Sequence record: MN445184 | DNA length: 64,000 nt | Strand: one strand, 5' to 3' | Source: Escherichia phage vB_EcoA_4HA11 | Shown here: in pieces, positions 28,741 to 38,657 of the stretch | How positions within the stretch are numbered: the stretch's first letter is position 1 | Layout: each line of letters opens with the position of its first letter | The notes under the pieces: generated by a model | What the model was told of the DNA's origin: nothing | What the model saw: only the letters and a program-made list of their open reading frames with translations | Databases searched by the model: none | Program-made: the position numbers and the translations under genes

Positions 28741-29514
28741 TTAGCGATCCGCCCAGATTCCGTTCTGTTCTTTATCCATTTTGTGATACAGACGGACACG
28801 GTCAAACATTTTAGAAATAACGTCTTTGCGATCGAATTCGATTATGGTGGGAACAAGGGCATTTTCGTTGGATATAATATTGATTAAACGCTCTATCTTG
28901 ACATTAAACATTTGTTGAAACATGACGGAGTATAGACACAATTGAATACTATAATCTTCTATCATGCTTCGAGTTTTTAGGGTGTTAGATGTTTTGAAAT
29001 CGATTATGCTTGGAATTCCTTCGTAAACCCCGATGAGGTCAACACGACCAGCAAGACCCAGGACTTCGCTATATAATGGAATCTCTTGTGCATATATCTT
29101 GCTCATTTTGTTAAGGTAGGGGAAAACCTGTTTGAACATAAACACGTATTCCCCTGCAGCTTCCAGAACTTCCTTCATTGGTCTGTTTTTGAGATACAAC
29201 TCACAAGCCAAATGAAGTTTTTCCCCACGGTCTGCGCAACGATGTGTTTCTATATCAGCAGCTTCATGCCCCAACTTGTCCCGCCAGGCTTCTAACCATG
29301 TGTGGTCACCAGTACGCCCTAACATGGTCGTCACTGAAGTCAGTTTGACTCCAGTGGGAGAAACATAGTGACGACCATTTTCGGTAGTTACGCAAGTCAA
29401 TTCCTTAAAAGGCAAGGAATATTGCTGAAATGTATGATGACGATTTTCAAAGTCATTAAGTTTGCGCAAAGCCTGTAGAGAAACCATTACATCCCATCCA
29501 AATATTTTCGCCAA
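28741..29514 (-). CDS. possible PD-(D/E)xK nuclease-fold protein
   Basis: GRVDLIGV...IIDFKTS resembles a D...(D/E)xK core; sits between uvsW and uvsY-like genes. Confidence 0.35.
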   Translation of the reverse strand: MAKIFGWDVMVSLQALRKLNDFENRHHTFQQYSLPFKELTCVTTENGRHYVSPTGVKLTSVTTMLGRTGDHTWLEAWRDKLGHEAADIETHRCADRGEKLHLACELYLKNRPMKEVLEAAGEYVFMFKQVFPYLNKMSKIYAQEIPLYSEVLGLAGRVDLIGVYEGIPSIIDFKTSNTLKTRSMIEDYSIQLCLYSVMFQQMFNVKIERLINIISNENALVPTIIEFDRKDVISKMFDRVRLYHKMDKEQNGIWADR

Positions 29515-29942
29515 TCAATAGCATTCTTCACTTCATATCCGAGTTTGTTCAAACGATCTAAGCAACTTTCGATGAACTTGACTTTGGCTTTCTGCTCTTG
29601 AAGCATGCTAGACAATTCGATATAATCATCATCTGCTTTTACCCAAACATCTATATCAGATTTCAGGGGTCGAACTTTTAATGGGCGTTCAACATAAACG
29701 TTGGGCGGCAATTCCCCTGCATAAAATCGGCGTAAATAGAGATCTATTTGGCGAAATTTGCCAGTTAGATACTCCAGATATCTTCCTTCACGAATATAAT
29801 GGCGTTGCACAGTCATCCACGAACGACCAATTTTCAATGACATTTGGTCTAAGTTCATGTCTTCAGGATTTACCGAAATAAGAGGTTCCAATTCTGCCAT
29901 TATATCTTCGGTTTTCATCGTTTCAAGTTTTGTTTCGCTCAT
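29487..29942 (-). CDS. UvsY-like recombination mediator (tentative)
   Basis: Size and position next to uvsW as in T4; only weak sequence parallel. Confidence 0.4.
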   Translation of the reverse strand: MSETKLETMKTEDIMAELEPLISVNPEDMNLDQMSLKIGRSWMTVQRHYIREGRYLEYLTGKFRQIDLYLRRFYAGELPPNVYVERPLKVRPLKSDIDVWVKADDDYIELSSMLQEQKAKVKFIESCLDRLNKLGYEVKNAIDWRKYLDGM

Positions 29943-29980
29943 GATTTATTCCCTGCTGTTTCAACTCTCTGTATTATAAC

Positions 29981-30478
29981 TTATTGTTTATCAATTTCGC
30001 GGGTGACGCGAGTCGGAGTCAGTTTCAAATATTTGAACGTGACAGTCGTGACCAGTTGGGGAACCGCAGCATCCACATCCACCAATACGTTGTCCAAAGC
30101 TGTGGGACGGGCTTCTTCCAACAACAATTGTAGACCAACAGGGCGATTCATGTTATCAAGAAGGTCGATGGTGATGTCACGGCTAACAGCTAAATCAGAT
30201 CCAGCATTAGACGCAATCCAATTGTAAATCTGTTCCCAGTTGTACCAACTCTCATCGATAACGAACGTAAATACGATGGGGTCATACGTGAGACGTTCTG
30301 AAGGTATGGAGTTGAGCACATCGCCAGGGGATGGTCCCTCGATACCTTCAGAATACACTCCAGGAATACTGAAGTCATGTATTGAACGAGTAAGCAATAT
30401 CAGGTCTCCGATAGTTAAGCGCCATTTATCGGAAGCCGCGAAATTAGGATTTTCGTTTTTGAATTGTACACCTGTCAT
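29981..30478 (-). CDS. hypothetical protein
   Basis: 165-aa ORF with ATG start. Confidence 0.45.
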   Translation of the reverse strand: MTGVQFKNENPNFAASDKWRLTIGDLILLTRSIHDFSIPGVYSEGIEGPSPGDVLNSIPSERLTYDPIVFTFVIDESWYNWEQIYNWIASNAGSDLAVSRDITIDLLDNMNRPVGLQLLLEEARPTALDNVLVDVDAAVPQLVTTVTFKYLKLTPTRVTREIDKQ

Positions 30479-30541
30479 GTTAGCACCTTTGCTGTGGAGA
30501 ACGTTTTAGTGTTCCTGATACGCGGATTCAGAAAATGGATC

Positions 30542-31162
30542 ATGACGATGATAATGGTGCTTGCACTCACAAGTTGCCGTATCTTTGTCACGTCCGTCAT
30601 TTCTGTAACCGACCTCTGGGATCCTGAAATCAGAACCATACCTGTTAACATCTCAGCCGACATTGATAAATGCAATAAAAATATTCTGAATCAAGTAGTA
30701 TCTGATTTTCAGAACTTCCAGACTCTTCAAGCTGTTGGTTGTTTTGATGATAACAACCAGTCACTGAGACCATACTGGAAAACCACGATTCCCCTATTGA
30801 GGAAAGGTGACGAAGGAAAGATCCCATATCTATCCGCAAGTATTTATTACTCTCAGAATAATAGCATCATAGCGACTTTCAATCCTTCTTTCTTTGACAA
30901 ACTCAGAAGGAATACTCAAGCAAGGGACGTCGAAATCACCAGAGACGTTGCAATATCATTTCAGATAGTTAATAACACCAAATCTCCGATTCGAATTGCC
31001 ACTCAGGGTGTTTTCGTTAATGGATCTGCTGTGGGTAATGAAATGAACATCTATGAAATAAGACCAGGCGGTAAAGTATGGATTCGAATGAGTGATGTTG
31101 GGGTGAACTCCCTGGTGATGGAAGGTATCGAACCAGTGGGAGTTCTCCCCGCTAGACATTGA
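30542..31162 (+). CDS. putative lipoprotein (plus strand, divergent from neighbour)
   Basis: Lipobox-like LTSC after hydrophobic MTMIMVLA; track ORF begins at TTG 30464 which would give a longer signal with RGFRKW n-region. Confidence 0.4.
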   Translation: MTMIMVLALTSCRIFVTSVISVTDLWDPEIRTIPVNISADIDKCNKNILNQVVSDFQNFQTLQAVGCFDDNNQSLRPYWKTTIPLLRKGDEGKIPYLSASIYYSQNNSIIATFNPSFFDKLRRNTQARDVEITRDVAISFQIVNNTKSPIRIATQGVFVNGSAVGNEMNIYEIRPGGKVWIRMSDVGVNSLVMEGIEPVGVLPARH

Positions 31163-31891
31163 TTATTTCAGGGACTCTTTTAATTCTGGAGTCCCTATTT
31201 TATCAATAACGCCTCCAGCACAGAGATCTTTAGCCCATTCTCCAAGAACATTCGCAAAAGAGAAGTTTAGACATTCTTTGATCATACTTTCAATATGAGC
31301 AAGTTCTGCAGCTATCCCATCGGTGATATCGTTTATAACTCCATTGACGGCGGTTATTGCCTCATTGATATGTCCTGTTACTTCAGCAGCCAATTGCTGT
31401 AGTTTTGCCATCCCTTCTGAGGCACCTTCCATAATCATGTCATACAATTCCGATATCTTGTTTGTTACGGTCTGTAGAGCACCTTCCATAGCATTCAGCC
31501 ATTGGCGTCCTAAATCCTGAACAACACCAAAAGCCTTGTTGATCAAATCACAATTGTTTGGCTCTCGTGATATACCCTTCAGACCTGATTTGTATGACAC
31601 GGAAGTACCGATGCGAGAATACGCGTCATTGATACTTTGGTCTCCATATGTGTTCAGTGTCGTTATCCCCGTGTTGGCGGCGCTATACATGGTGGTGGCT
31701 GCTGTGAGTTTTTCTGGTGTTAGTCCACCAGCAACCATAGCCGCCTGCATCTCCGGAGTCGCGTTGGCAGTTATCAATGGTATATTGGTACTACCACTGG
31801 TGATTAAATCCTGTGAGGGACCGGAGAGGGACGGAAGCGGGTTGCTAAATGCATTACCAGAGGAAAGGACATCGTAGATTTGTGCGTTCAT
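31163..31891 (-). CDS. hypothetical protein, probably structural
   Basis: 242-aa ORF, Ala/Gly/Thr-rich. Confidence 0.45.
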   Translation of the reverse strand: MNAQIYDVLSSGNAFSNPLPSLSGPSQDLITSGSTNIPLITANATPEMQAAMVAGGLTPEKLTAATTMYSAANTGITTLNTYGDQSINDAYSRIGTSVSYKSGLKGISREPNNCDLINKAFGVVQDLGRQWLNAMEGALQTVTNKISELYDMIMEGASEGMAKLQQLAAEVTGHINEAITAVNGVINDITDGIAAELAHIESMIKECLNFSFANVLGEWAKDLCAGGVIDKIGTPELKESLK

Positions 31892-31922
31892 AAAATACCC
31901 CCAATTTTGGGGGTATTTATAA

Positions 31923-32183
31923 TCATGGAAGATGATAGATAAAATTCTCGCAGAACTTTTTGGTGTATTTCTTTAGAAATATAAATTTAGGTTCGCGTGG
32001 TGTATTTTTCAGATCATTTAGTGTGATATAACTGATTCGCGCCAGAAAGTACATGGTAAAAGCGACACAAAGAATCAAAATTAATTGCAGCATAGCTAAC
32101 TCCATATGGGTGTGAAGGCAAACATATTTATAACAATCGTTTGGTTTTGGGTTTGCCCATGAGAGTGATATTGACATTGACAC
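31923..32183 (-). CDS. small membrane protein
   Basis: 86-aa ORF with hydrophobic core LQLILILCVAFTMYFLA. Confidence 0.35.
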   Translation of the reverse strand: MSMSISLSWANPKPNDCYKYVCLHTHMELAMLQLILILCVAFTMYFLARISYITLNDLKNTPREPKFIFLKKYTKKFCENFIYHLP

Positions 32184-32595
32184 CTGCTTTTTTCATACGG
32201 GTAATCATGTCTTGCGTCCCAGTAGACGAACCATCCCATAATGCAATTCCAAAGACCTCAAGACCTTTTTGTTTGGCCAGGGTTGTAGCTTTGTCTAACA
32301 TATCTTTGTTACGTTGGTTTCCTGCGCCTTTCCCATATATCGTGTGATAATTCTTAGGGATCTCCATTGGTGTAACATGAACATAATTGATTTCACACCA
32401 ATCACGAGATATCAAGTCCACACCAACCGCTTCACCTTCTATAAAAGTTTCGATCTCGTGGGGATCTAACAGTTCATCCAGTTTGGCGAAGATTTTATCC
32501 CGCTCGGTTATTGAGCGGGAACCTGTAATGAGCACGACATATTTCTTCATAGAACTCACAGCGCCCCAAGATTGCTGATGACGTACAGGCTGCAC
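32128..32595 (-). CDS. SLOG/DUF2493-like Rossmann-fold protein
   Basis: MKKYVVLITGSR...GEAVGVD...YGKGAGNQRN..ML pattern; likely start ATG 32550. Confidence 0.5.
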   Translation of the reverse strand: MQPVRHQQSWGAVSSMKKYVVLITGSRSITERDKIFAKLDELLDPHEIETFIEGEAVGVDLISRDWCEINYVHVTPMEIPKNYHTIYGKGAGNQRNKDMLDKATTLAKQKGLEVFGIALWDGSSTGTQDMITRMKKAGVNVNITLMGKPKTKRLL

Positions 32596-32873
32596 AAGGG
32601 AGTCCCTGATGAACGAGGTTCTATGCTCATTCCCGAGAGGCGGATCAGTTCCAGCAAACCGTCGGTGGTCTGATACGCACGAGTCGAACCGTTTGGACGA
32701 TATAGCTCCAACTCGGTTCGCCCTTCCTTTAATGCGTTACGGATGCGTGTGAATACGCTGTGGGCTTGATATTTTTGACGTAGAATATCTAAACGGGTGA
32801 TGAGATTTCGACTGCGGCTGCGACGTCCCGTTGACGAAACAACTAATTTCATTTCTGGTGTTTTACAAGCCAT
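32556..32873 (-). CDS. hypothetical protein
   Basis: 105-aa ORF. Confidence 0.4.
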   Translation of the reverse strand: MACKTPEMKLVVSSTGRRSRSRNLITRLDILRQKYQAHSVFTRIRNALKEGRTELELYRPNGSTRAYQTTDGLLELIRLSGMSIEPRSSGTPLCSLYVISNLGAL

Positions 32874-32941
32874 GTTATAGTCCTCTATTTGTAGGGGTTG
32901 GGTATGATTTTAACATACCCGTTCAAATGGTTTAGAACAAA

Positions 32942-33406
32942 TTACAGATCTTGGCACTGATCGCAATATTCGTCGTATGTGAATGTCTCATCACACAGGC
33001 CGTCACGCATCATATCGGCCTTGGCTTCGCCAAACATTTTCAGGGTGATAACGTTGCCGTCTAAATCTTTACGAAGTTCGTTCGGCTTGGTTTCTATGAA
33101 GTCGAACACCACAAAGAACCCTTCGGTGACATATTTGATGGTTTTGTTGCTCAGCTTACGGATGCCACCATTCTTTTTGAAGATAGAGGTGCGGAGGTTT
33201 TCGAATTCGGCCAGATTGTCATCGTGATTCTTGATGGCGTTCAGCATTGCGTCAAGGTCGATTTCAGGACGAAGCATTTTGACCTGATCTTCGCGGTCAT
33301 AAGAAGTGAAAGATTCTATGTTGGTGATGCCCAGAGCGTTTTTAACAAACGCGTCAAATTTGGTGAAATTGTTGAATGCCCAGACGGAGATTTTTACGGT
33401 TGTCAT
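32942..33406 (-). CDS. hypothetical protein
   Basis: 154-aa ORF with ATG start. Confidence 0.45.
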   Translation of the reverse strand: MTTVKISVWAFNNFTKFDAFVKNALGITNIESFTSYDREDQVKMLRPEIDLDAMLNAIKNHDDNLAEFENLRTSIFKKNGGIRKLSNKTIKYVTEGFFVVFDFIETKPNELRKDLDGNVITLKMFGEAKADMMRDGLCDETFTYDEYCDQCQDL

Positions 33407-33460
33407 GATGTAGTTCCTTCATTTCAGAGTCAGTGTTGTGCTGCTTATGGAATGAAGTAT

Positions 33461-33489
33461 ACGGGGTTTATTGAAGAAGTAAACCCCGT
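33461..33489. terminator. 10-bp stem hairpin ACGGGGTTTA...TAAACCCCGT
   Basis: Perfect inverted repeat with 9-nt loop in intergenic gap. Confidence 0.4.
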
Positions 33490-33509
33490 TTATTGAATAA
33501 ATTTTAAAT

Positions 33510-33764
33510 TTATTTGAAGCGATCAGGAAGAGTGTCGTGAACCTCAGCGCTCAGCACCAGGAACTTGCCGTCTTTAGTAGGGAAGCAGTAGTCTTTCTTG
33601 ATGTGGCGCATGTGTTCAGCCGTAGCCGCTACACAGTCGTTAGTCACGTCGGTCTTCTCACCTACCCACATACTGGTTTTGGTATTCAATGTACCTTGGA
33701 AGATAGTGCCCGTCAATGGGCTTGCTCCAATCTTTTTGATTCTCATAATTTCTCCCAAGTCCAT
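33510..33764 (-). CDS. hypothetical protein
   Basis: 84-aa ORF. Confidence 0.4.
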   Translation of the reverse strand: MDLGEIMRIKKIGASPLTGTIFQGTLNTKTSMWVGEKTDVTNDCVAATAEHMRHIKKDYCFPTKDGKFLVLSAEVHDTLPDRFK

Positions 33765-34117
33765 GTTTGCGCCTTGGCTTTTCCGACTACTGGAACGTTA
33801 CGGTGCATGTTTCTGAAGCTGCCTGTCTGATAAAAACAGATCCTGATGCGTTCATTTTCGGTATGCTGTGCCCAAACATGATGACCGTCTGGGTATGGGT
33901 CGTGACCAGCGCTACCTCCTTGTAGGGCTGTTTTGGTAACGACATAATGCCCTTGCATGTAACCGAAGAATCCCTCAGGGGTGATATAACCAGAGTCCGT
34001 TTGCCAATCTCCCTTGCAATTAGAATACAAGAAATGCTTTGGCACCTGAGTTTCAACGGTCATTTCTTCTGTGAGGACGAACACATCGCCGACTTGAAGC
34101 AGTGGTAAATTGTTCAT
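33743..34117 (-). CDS. hypothetical protein
   Basis: 124-aa ORF. Confidence 0.4.
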   Translation of the reverse strand: MNNLPLLQVGDVFVLTEEMTVETQVPKHFLYSNCKGDWQTDSGYITPEGFFGYMQGHYVVTKTALQGGSAGHDPYPDGHHVWAQHTENERIRICFYQTGSFRNMHRNVPVVGKAKAQTWTWEKL

Positions 34118-34125
34118 AGTGGACC

Positions 34126-34566
34126 TCAGTTAATACGGAACAAATGTGGATAGCCACCAGGATGACCCTGGCCAGTAACGAACACGTCGAATTTTGAACC
34201 CTTGATCAGGCCAGGCAGATTGCCGGAGTCCAGCAATTCACGGATCTGCTCCATCGCCAACATCCAGGTTTTGGCAGGTTCGGCTTCTGCTTCTCCTCGA
34301 TTGAGTACGAGTTCACCTTCGGAATAGAACTTCCCGCTGTCCTTCATATAGTACAACGTGATATGAATGTACTGAGGGGACGGAACTAAACGCCAACCGT
34401 CGTCGATCAGATCTTGGCGATCATTGTCCAGTGACTGATAATCAATATCACCAGATGGCAAACCATAGCTGCGCATGTAGCGGAACTTCTCAACACGATC
34501 TTTCACGTCGGAGATGAAGAACTCTTTCGTGGCAGGGCTGATGAATATGTATTTTCCTTTTGACAT
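34126..34566 (-). CDS. hypothetical protein
   Basis: 146-aa ORF. Confidence 0.4.
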   Translation of the reverse strand: MSKGKYIFISPATKEFFISDVKDRVEKFRYMRSYGLPSGDIDYQSLDNDRQDLIDDGWRLVPSPQYIHITLYYMKDSGKFYSEGELVLNRGEAEAEPAKTWMLAMEQIRELLDSGNLPGLIKGSKFDVFVTGQGHPGGYPHLFRIN

Positions 34567-34626
34567 GATGTAGTTCTCTCAGTGATAGACCATATCATAA
34601 TAGCACTGAGGACTGATAAAGAAAAA

Positions 34627-35274
34627 CTACATGAAATCTTTTACCCATTCAGGGTCTTCCATAGGAACCCAATTTTCGTATTTGAACATTTTGTACATGT
34701 TATAGAACACTCGAATATTATTCCCGTCGTTCATCCGGTTACAAAATCGTTCATGCCCCCAACCTTCATTCTTCCATAATTGATAGAATTGGTCAGCCAT
34801 AGCCCAAACGTGTTGGCATTTAGTTGCCCTTGGACGCTTCCATATCCTGATTTCATTCTGCCATTTGATCTGGGCTTGCCGTGATGTTTCCGAAAATCCA
34901 ATTGGTTTGTTCTTTCCTCTTGTTACGTTAGACAAATGCGCCTTTGCTTCTTCGCTGAGTGGCCCAGTCCTTCCAAAATAAACGAGGGAACCATCTTTCT
35001 TAACATGGAAACGATTTAAACAAAGAGGATTGGTGTGAACGGATTCGATCAATTGCGCTTCAACTTGGAGGGCTTCCTCTCCATCCCGACATAGCATTAT
35101 CACTTCATGGGTGAAGTAATCTGGTCCATGTTGTGATATAAGGGATTGGACAACTTTCGAGGACGTAAAATATTTTACCCAAAGTTCTTTGGGGTGACAG
35201 TTCTTTGCGTGACGACATCCATAATAGATGTGTCCATCTTTTGATTCTATTTTGTAAACGTATGGTTGGTTCAT
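34627..35274 (-). mobile_element. GIY-YIG-type homing-endonuclease-like gene (Seg-like)
   Basis: N-terminus PYVYKIESKDGHIYYG matches the GIY...YIG spacing; freestanding gene between terminator and downstream genes. Confidence 0.55.
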
Positions 35275-35311
35275 AATTCCCCCTTTCAGGACATTATAAC
35301 CCCATACTTCT

Positions 35312-35340
35312 GAAATAAAAACCCCGCCGAAGCGGGGTTT
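35312..35340 (-). terminator. rho-independent terminator after the major capsid gene
   Basis: CCCCGC-UUCG-GCGGGG (35322..35337) followed by UUUUUAUUU on minus strand. Confidence 0.65.
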
Positions 35341-35355
35341 GTAAGTCGTTGTTAA

Positions 35356-36678
35356 TTAAAACAAACTTTTGATTAAGCCCTTCCTGAAATACGGGTTGCT
35401 GTCTTGAGCAATACCGTCAGCAGTCACGTAAACCTGCGGGTCTTGGTTAGCCGGAATCTGTACGAACGGGTTAGCACAGATGCCGTAACGGGTTTTGAAC
35501 GCCATACGCGGAGCGAAGGTGGTTTCACCCTGGGTGCGGTACATTTCCAGCGGCACATACGGCGCGAAGAAGATACCGGCATCCAGCGCAGTTGCGCCTT
35601 TGTATGCCAGAGTGATATATTCTGCTACAGCATACGGGTCAACATAGACGCGCATACCGTTGGACAGAACACCAGCGAAGGTCTGGCCAGTCGGGTCAAC
35701 AGCCAGTTTAGTGTTTTCCTGCAGAACCGGAGCATAGTCCAGCATGCCAGACATCGCCAGAGCGGATGCCACGTTCGGAGAACACAGAACACGGTTGCCT
35801 TTACCACGACGGGTGTCAACACCGATACCGTTCGCTTCAACTTCCAGCATGAAAGTCAGGAACTTCCATTTTTCCAGCGCCCAACGACCAGAGATGTCCT
35901 GCGCGATATCAACAACACCGTTGGTGCCGAATTTTTTGAAGCGAACAGCACTGAAGTTCATGGTGCGGATGAATTCACGGTTCATTTCCGCCTGAATTTC
36001 AGTTACCATCACGTCAGACAGGATATTATCCACGTCTTCGCCGTGAATTGCCATCATGTCCTGACGCAGTTCATGGCTGTAATCAGCATACAGGCCGCGA
36101 GACTTGGCAGTAACGGTCGCTTTCTGAACAGTAATACCAACACGCGCCCAAGGGTTGGTGGTAGTACCCAGCAGTTCAGCGTCACTTGACGGCATACCTT
36201 TACCGATAGTGGTCACGACAGAGCCGGAACCTTCGATTTCAGCCTGACTAAAGCCTGACGGGTCGCCAGCCTGTACAGTACCATCACCGGAATAGCCGGA
36301 ATCGGCTTCCTGCATGAACAGTTCTTTACGAGACTGTGCGGTGTTGGAACTGTCACCAACACCCTGGCGAGCGCGCAGTGCAAAGATCTGACCGTCAGGA
36401 CCAGACAGCGGCTGAACACCGAAGAAGTCCATCGCGATGTTGATCGGCGCCAGACGTTTTGCCATGTCGATCAGAACTGGCTGCCATTTACCGACAGTGC
36501 TGTTCACAGAACCAGGTGCGTCAGATTCGCCCAGGTTTTTTGCGTTCCATTCAGCCTGGTTCTGCATCAGACGGATGGTTACGTTTTCGGCAGACAGAGG
36601 TTGAATAGCTTCAGATTCTTTTTGGAGAACTGGCAGCCACTGTTTGCGCATTTCTTCGGTTACAAGTTTCTTAGTCAT
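35356..36678 (-). CDS. gp23: major capsid protein (gp23-like)
   Basis: 440 aa, last gene of the 20-...-21-22-23 order; HK97-fold-sized; highly expressed-gene context with terminator. Confidence 0.75.
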   Translation of the reverse strand: MTKKLVTEEMRKQWLPVLQKESEAIQPLSAENVTIRLMQNQAEWNAKNLGESDAPGSVNSTVGKWQPVLIDMAKRLAPINIAMDFFGVQPLSGPDGQIFALRARQGVGDSSNTAQSRKELFMQEADSGYSGDGTVQAGDPSGFSQAEIEGSGSVVTTIGKGMPSSDAELLGTTTNPWARVGITVQKATVTAKSRGLYADYSHELRQDMMAIHGEDVDNILSDVMVTEIQAEMNREFIRTMNFSAVRFKKFGTNGVVDIAQDISGRWALEKWKFLTFMLEVEANGIGVDTRRGKGNRVLCSPNVASALAMSGMLDYAPVLQENTKLAVDPTGQTFAGVLSNGMRVYVDPYAVAEYITLAYKGATALDAGIFFAPYVPLEMYRTQGETTFAPRMAFKTRYGICANPFVQIPANQDPQVYVTADGIAQDSNPYFRKGLIKSLF

Positions 36679-36718
36679 GATGCTCGTTCCTTACATTGAT
36701 ATTCAGTTAAGTTGAAAT

Positions 36719-36726
36719 TACTTAGT
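36719..36726 (-). promoter_or_regulatory. late-promoter-like motif variant ACTAAGTA upstream of capsid gene
   Basis: One mismatch from the recurring ACTAAATA motif. Confidence 0.25.
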
Positions 36727-36769
36727 AGTTCAAAATCAAGCCCCCTTTCGAGGGCTGTGGCTGCTAAAA

Positions 36770-37609
36770 TTAGCCGTTCAGCAAAGCACTGATCTGGCGA
36801 CGGACGGCTTCGTTGACTTCTTTGCCAACTTCGTCTTTGTCATCATCGTCATCGTCATCATCGTCGGCTTCACCTTCTTTCTTCGGTTTTTTACCTTCTT
36901 TGATGTCTTTTTCAGACTTGTCGCCATCCGGCTTGCCTTTTTCATTGTCTTTGCCGACTTTATCAGAGAAGTCATCTTTGCCTTCTACCAGGTTACGGAA
37001 GGTGCGCACACGGGATTCAAATTCAGACTCGGTCTGGAATTCAATACCTTCCAGCAGGTTGACAACAGTGTCTTTCTTGGTGTCAACCATACCTTCACAA
37101 ATACGATCAATGACATCATTGCGCTGGCGTTTGGTTTCACTTTCTTTGAGCTGAGCCAATTCAGTATTGGCAATGCTGGCGCGTTTCTCTGCTTCAGCCA
37201 GGCGGTTGGTGAGAGCTGCAATCTGACCGTCTGGGTCAGTGGCGAAACTAACACCTGCTTCTTTCAGAACATTAGAGAAACCAGTGAGGAAGCGTTCAGC
37301 AGCTTCGGTTTTGATCTGAGCGTCAATGGCCGGAGCATTTTTGTTAGCCCATTCTTCAACAACCGCGTTGAGGAACGAATCAACTTTTTCCGCCAACTGA
37401 AGAGTGAAATTTTCTTTAAGGTCTGCGACTTCTTTCTGGTGGGCTTCTACCAGAGTCAGGCGCTCAACGTTACCAGCCGCTTCAGTTTCTTGAATAGCTT
37501 GCAGACGGGCGGCTTCAACTTTAGATTCCAGCAGACCAGATACTTTGTCCAAGAAATCGGTGCTGAGGCCATTAACGCCTTCAAACAGTTTTTGCAATTC
37601 AGGTTTCAT
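36770..37609 (-). CDS. gp22: prohead scaffolding/core protein (gp22-like)
   Basis: Coiled-coil-rich acidic protein with poly-Asp tract, between protease and capsid genes. Confidence 0.65.
   Translation of the reverse strand: MKPELQKLFEGVNGLSTDFLDKVSGLLESKVEAARLQAIQETEAAGNVERLTLVEAHQKEVADLKENFTLQLAEKVDSFLNAVVEEWANKNAPAIDAQIKTEAAERFLTGFSNVLKEAGVSFATDPDGQIAALTNRLAEAEKRASIANTELAQLKESETKRQRNDVIDRICEGMVDTKKDTVVNLLEGIEFQTESEFESRVRTFRNLVEGKDDFSDKVGKDNEKGKPDGDKSEKDIKEGKKPKKEGEADDDDDDDDDKDEVGKEVNEAVRRQISALLNG
36839..36865 (-). repeat. nine consecutive Asp codons (poly-Asp tract in scaffold protein)
   Basis: GTC/ATC triplet run on plus strand. Confidence 0.8.
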
Positions 37610-37637
37610 GATAGTTTCCTTCTGAACGATTTTTCAG

Positions 37638-37645
37638 TATTTAGT
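37638..37645 (-). promoter_or_regulatory. late-promoter-like motif ACTAAATA
   Basis: About 28 nt upstream of scaffold gene ATG. Confidence 0.35.
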
Positions 37646-37655
37646 GAGCTGAATT

Positions 37656-38324
37656 TCAGCCCAGATGATTCAATGCTGCATCAAGGCGGCGCAGGAAGTC
37701 GTCTTCTACTTGAATATTGGTTTTCACCAACTGGTCTACAACTTTCCCTTTAACATCACGAGGCATCCAAATACCCGAAGCCTCATCAAGCTGCCATTCA
37801 ACAGATTCACTCACAGCCTTAACATAACAAACTTGTCCAGAAGGACGGTCGACTGCATCAACAGCGGTGAGCATAAAGCCAGGTTGAACGTCGTCATAAC
37901 CGTTTACCGACTTGGTCTCACCCAGACCACGTGTAGACACGGCCAGATTGAAGTCTGCTTCAGCCAATGCACGTATGATTTGGCCTTTTGGTGTATTTAA
38001 AATTCGCGCCCGACCGATGGCATTAGTGCCTTCCCAGAGAAGGGATTCGGTTTTGAGCGCTGCTTCCACCAGATTAGGGAAAGGATAGTCAGGATGTGTG
38101 ACTTCACCGATTGCGCGACGATCTTGGATATACTCTTTGTCGTATGCTTCGACAGCAGGAATACCCACTTTCTGCAGATCATAGTTACGCCCGTTACGGT
38201 TGACTTGGTTACACATCACAAACGGACCTTCGATGAACATGGCCTTCCCACCAGTTGAGGTTGTGACCTCACCGATTTGAAGATCCTTCCCTATCGCTGT
38301 GATCTCACGCAACAGTTTCATCAT
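37656..38324 (-). CDS. gp21: prohead core protease (gp21-like)
   Basis: MCNQVNRNGRNY, GEVTHP, STRGLG, VQPGF parallel T4 gp21 motifs. Confidence 0.85.
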   Translation of the reverse strand: MMKLLREITAIGKDLQIGEVTTSTGGKAMFIEGPFVMCNQVNRNGRNYDLQKVGIPAVEAYDKEYIQDRRAIGEVTHPDYPFPNLVEAALKTESLLWEGTNAIGRARILNTPKGQIIRALAEADFNLAVSTRGLGETKSVNGYDDVQPGFMLTAVDAVDRPSGQVCYVKAVSESVEWQLDEASGIWMPRDVKGKVVDQLVKTNIQVEDDFLRRLDAALNHLG

Positions 38325-38331
38325 AAACTCC

Positions 38332-38649
38332 TTACTTGTTCTTACTCAGTCCCATCATTTTGCGGAACTTCATAGCCTTTTTCTTGCGGCGCTCGATTTT
38401 ACGTTGATAGCCCATTCCCATACGCTTTTTAGAGCGGAGGGCTTTGCGGTTGCCGATCTTGCGAACACGACGTTCGCTGGCGTCCATAACTTCACAACGT
38501 GAACCATCAGCCGACAATTTGAACCCAGGGGCACATTTCAAGCGGCGGCGGCGTTTACCACGAGCGTTCACTTTATCGATGACTCGCTGCTCGTCCATAC
38601 GAGAGGCCAGGAAATCAGCGAACGTGGCGATCTCTGTGATTTCCATCAT
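38332..38649 (-). CDS. basic prohead core/internal protein (gp68-like position)
   Basis: Arg/Lys-rich 105-aa protein between portal and protease genes. Confidence 0.45.
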   Translation of the reverse strand: MMEITEIATFADFLASRMDEQRVIDKVNARGKRRRRLKCAPGFKLSADGSRCEVMDASERRVRKIGNRKALRSKKRMGMGYQRKIERRKKKAMKFRKMMGLSKNK

Positions 38650-38657
38650 GCATCTCC

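Noticed and set aside
29981-30478. Baseplate gp25-like assignment based on position next to the uvsY-like gene, as in T4
   Set aside because: The sequence shows no resemblance to T4 gp25 by eye; synteny alone is too weak.
36813-37154. Ser-rich plus-strand ORF (SSSSSSSSS...)
   Set aside because: It is the antisense reading of the poly-Asp and acidic tract of the scaffold gene; a codon-repeat artefact.
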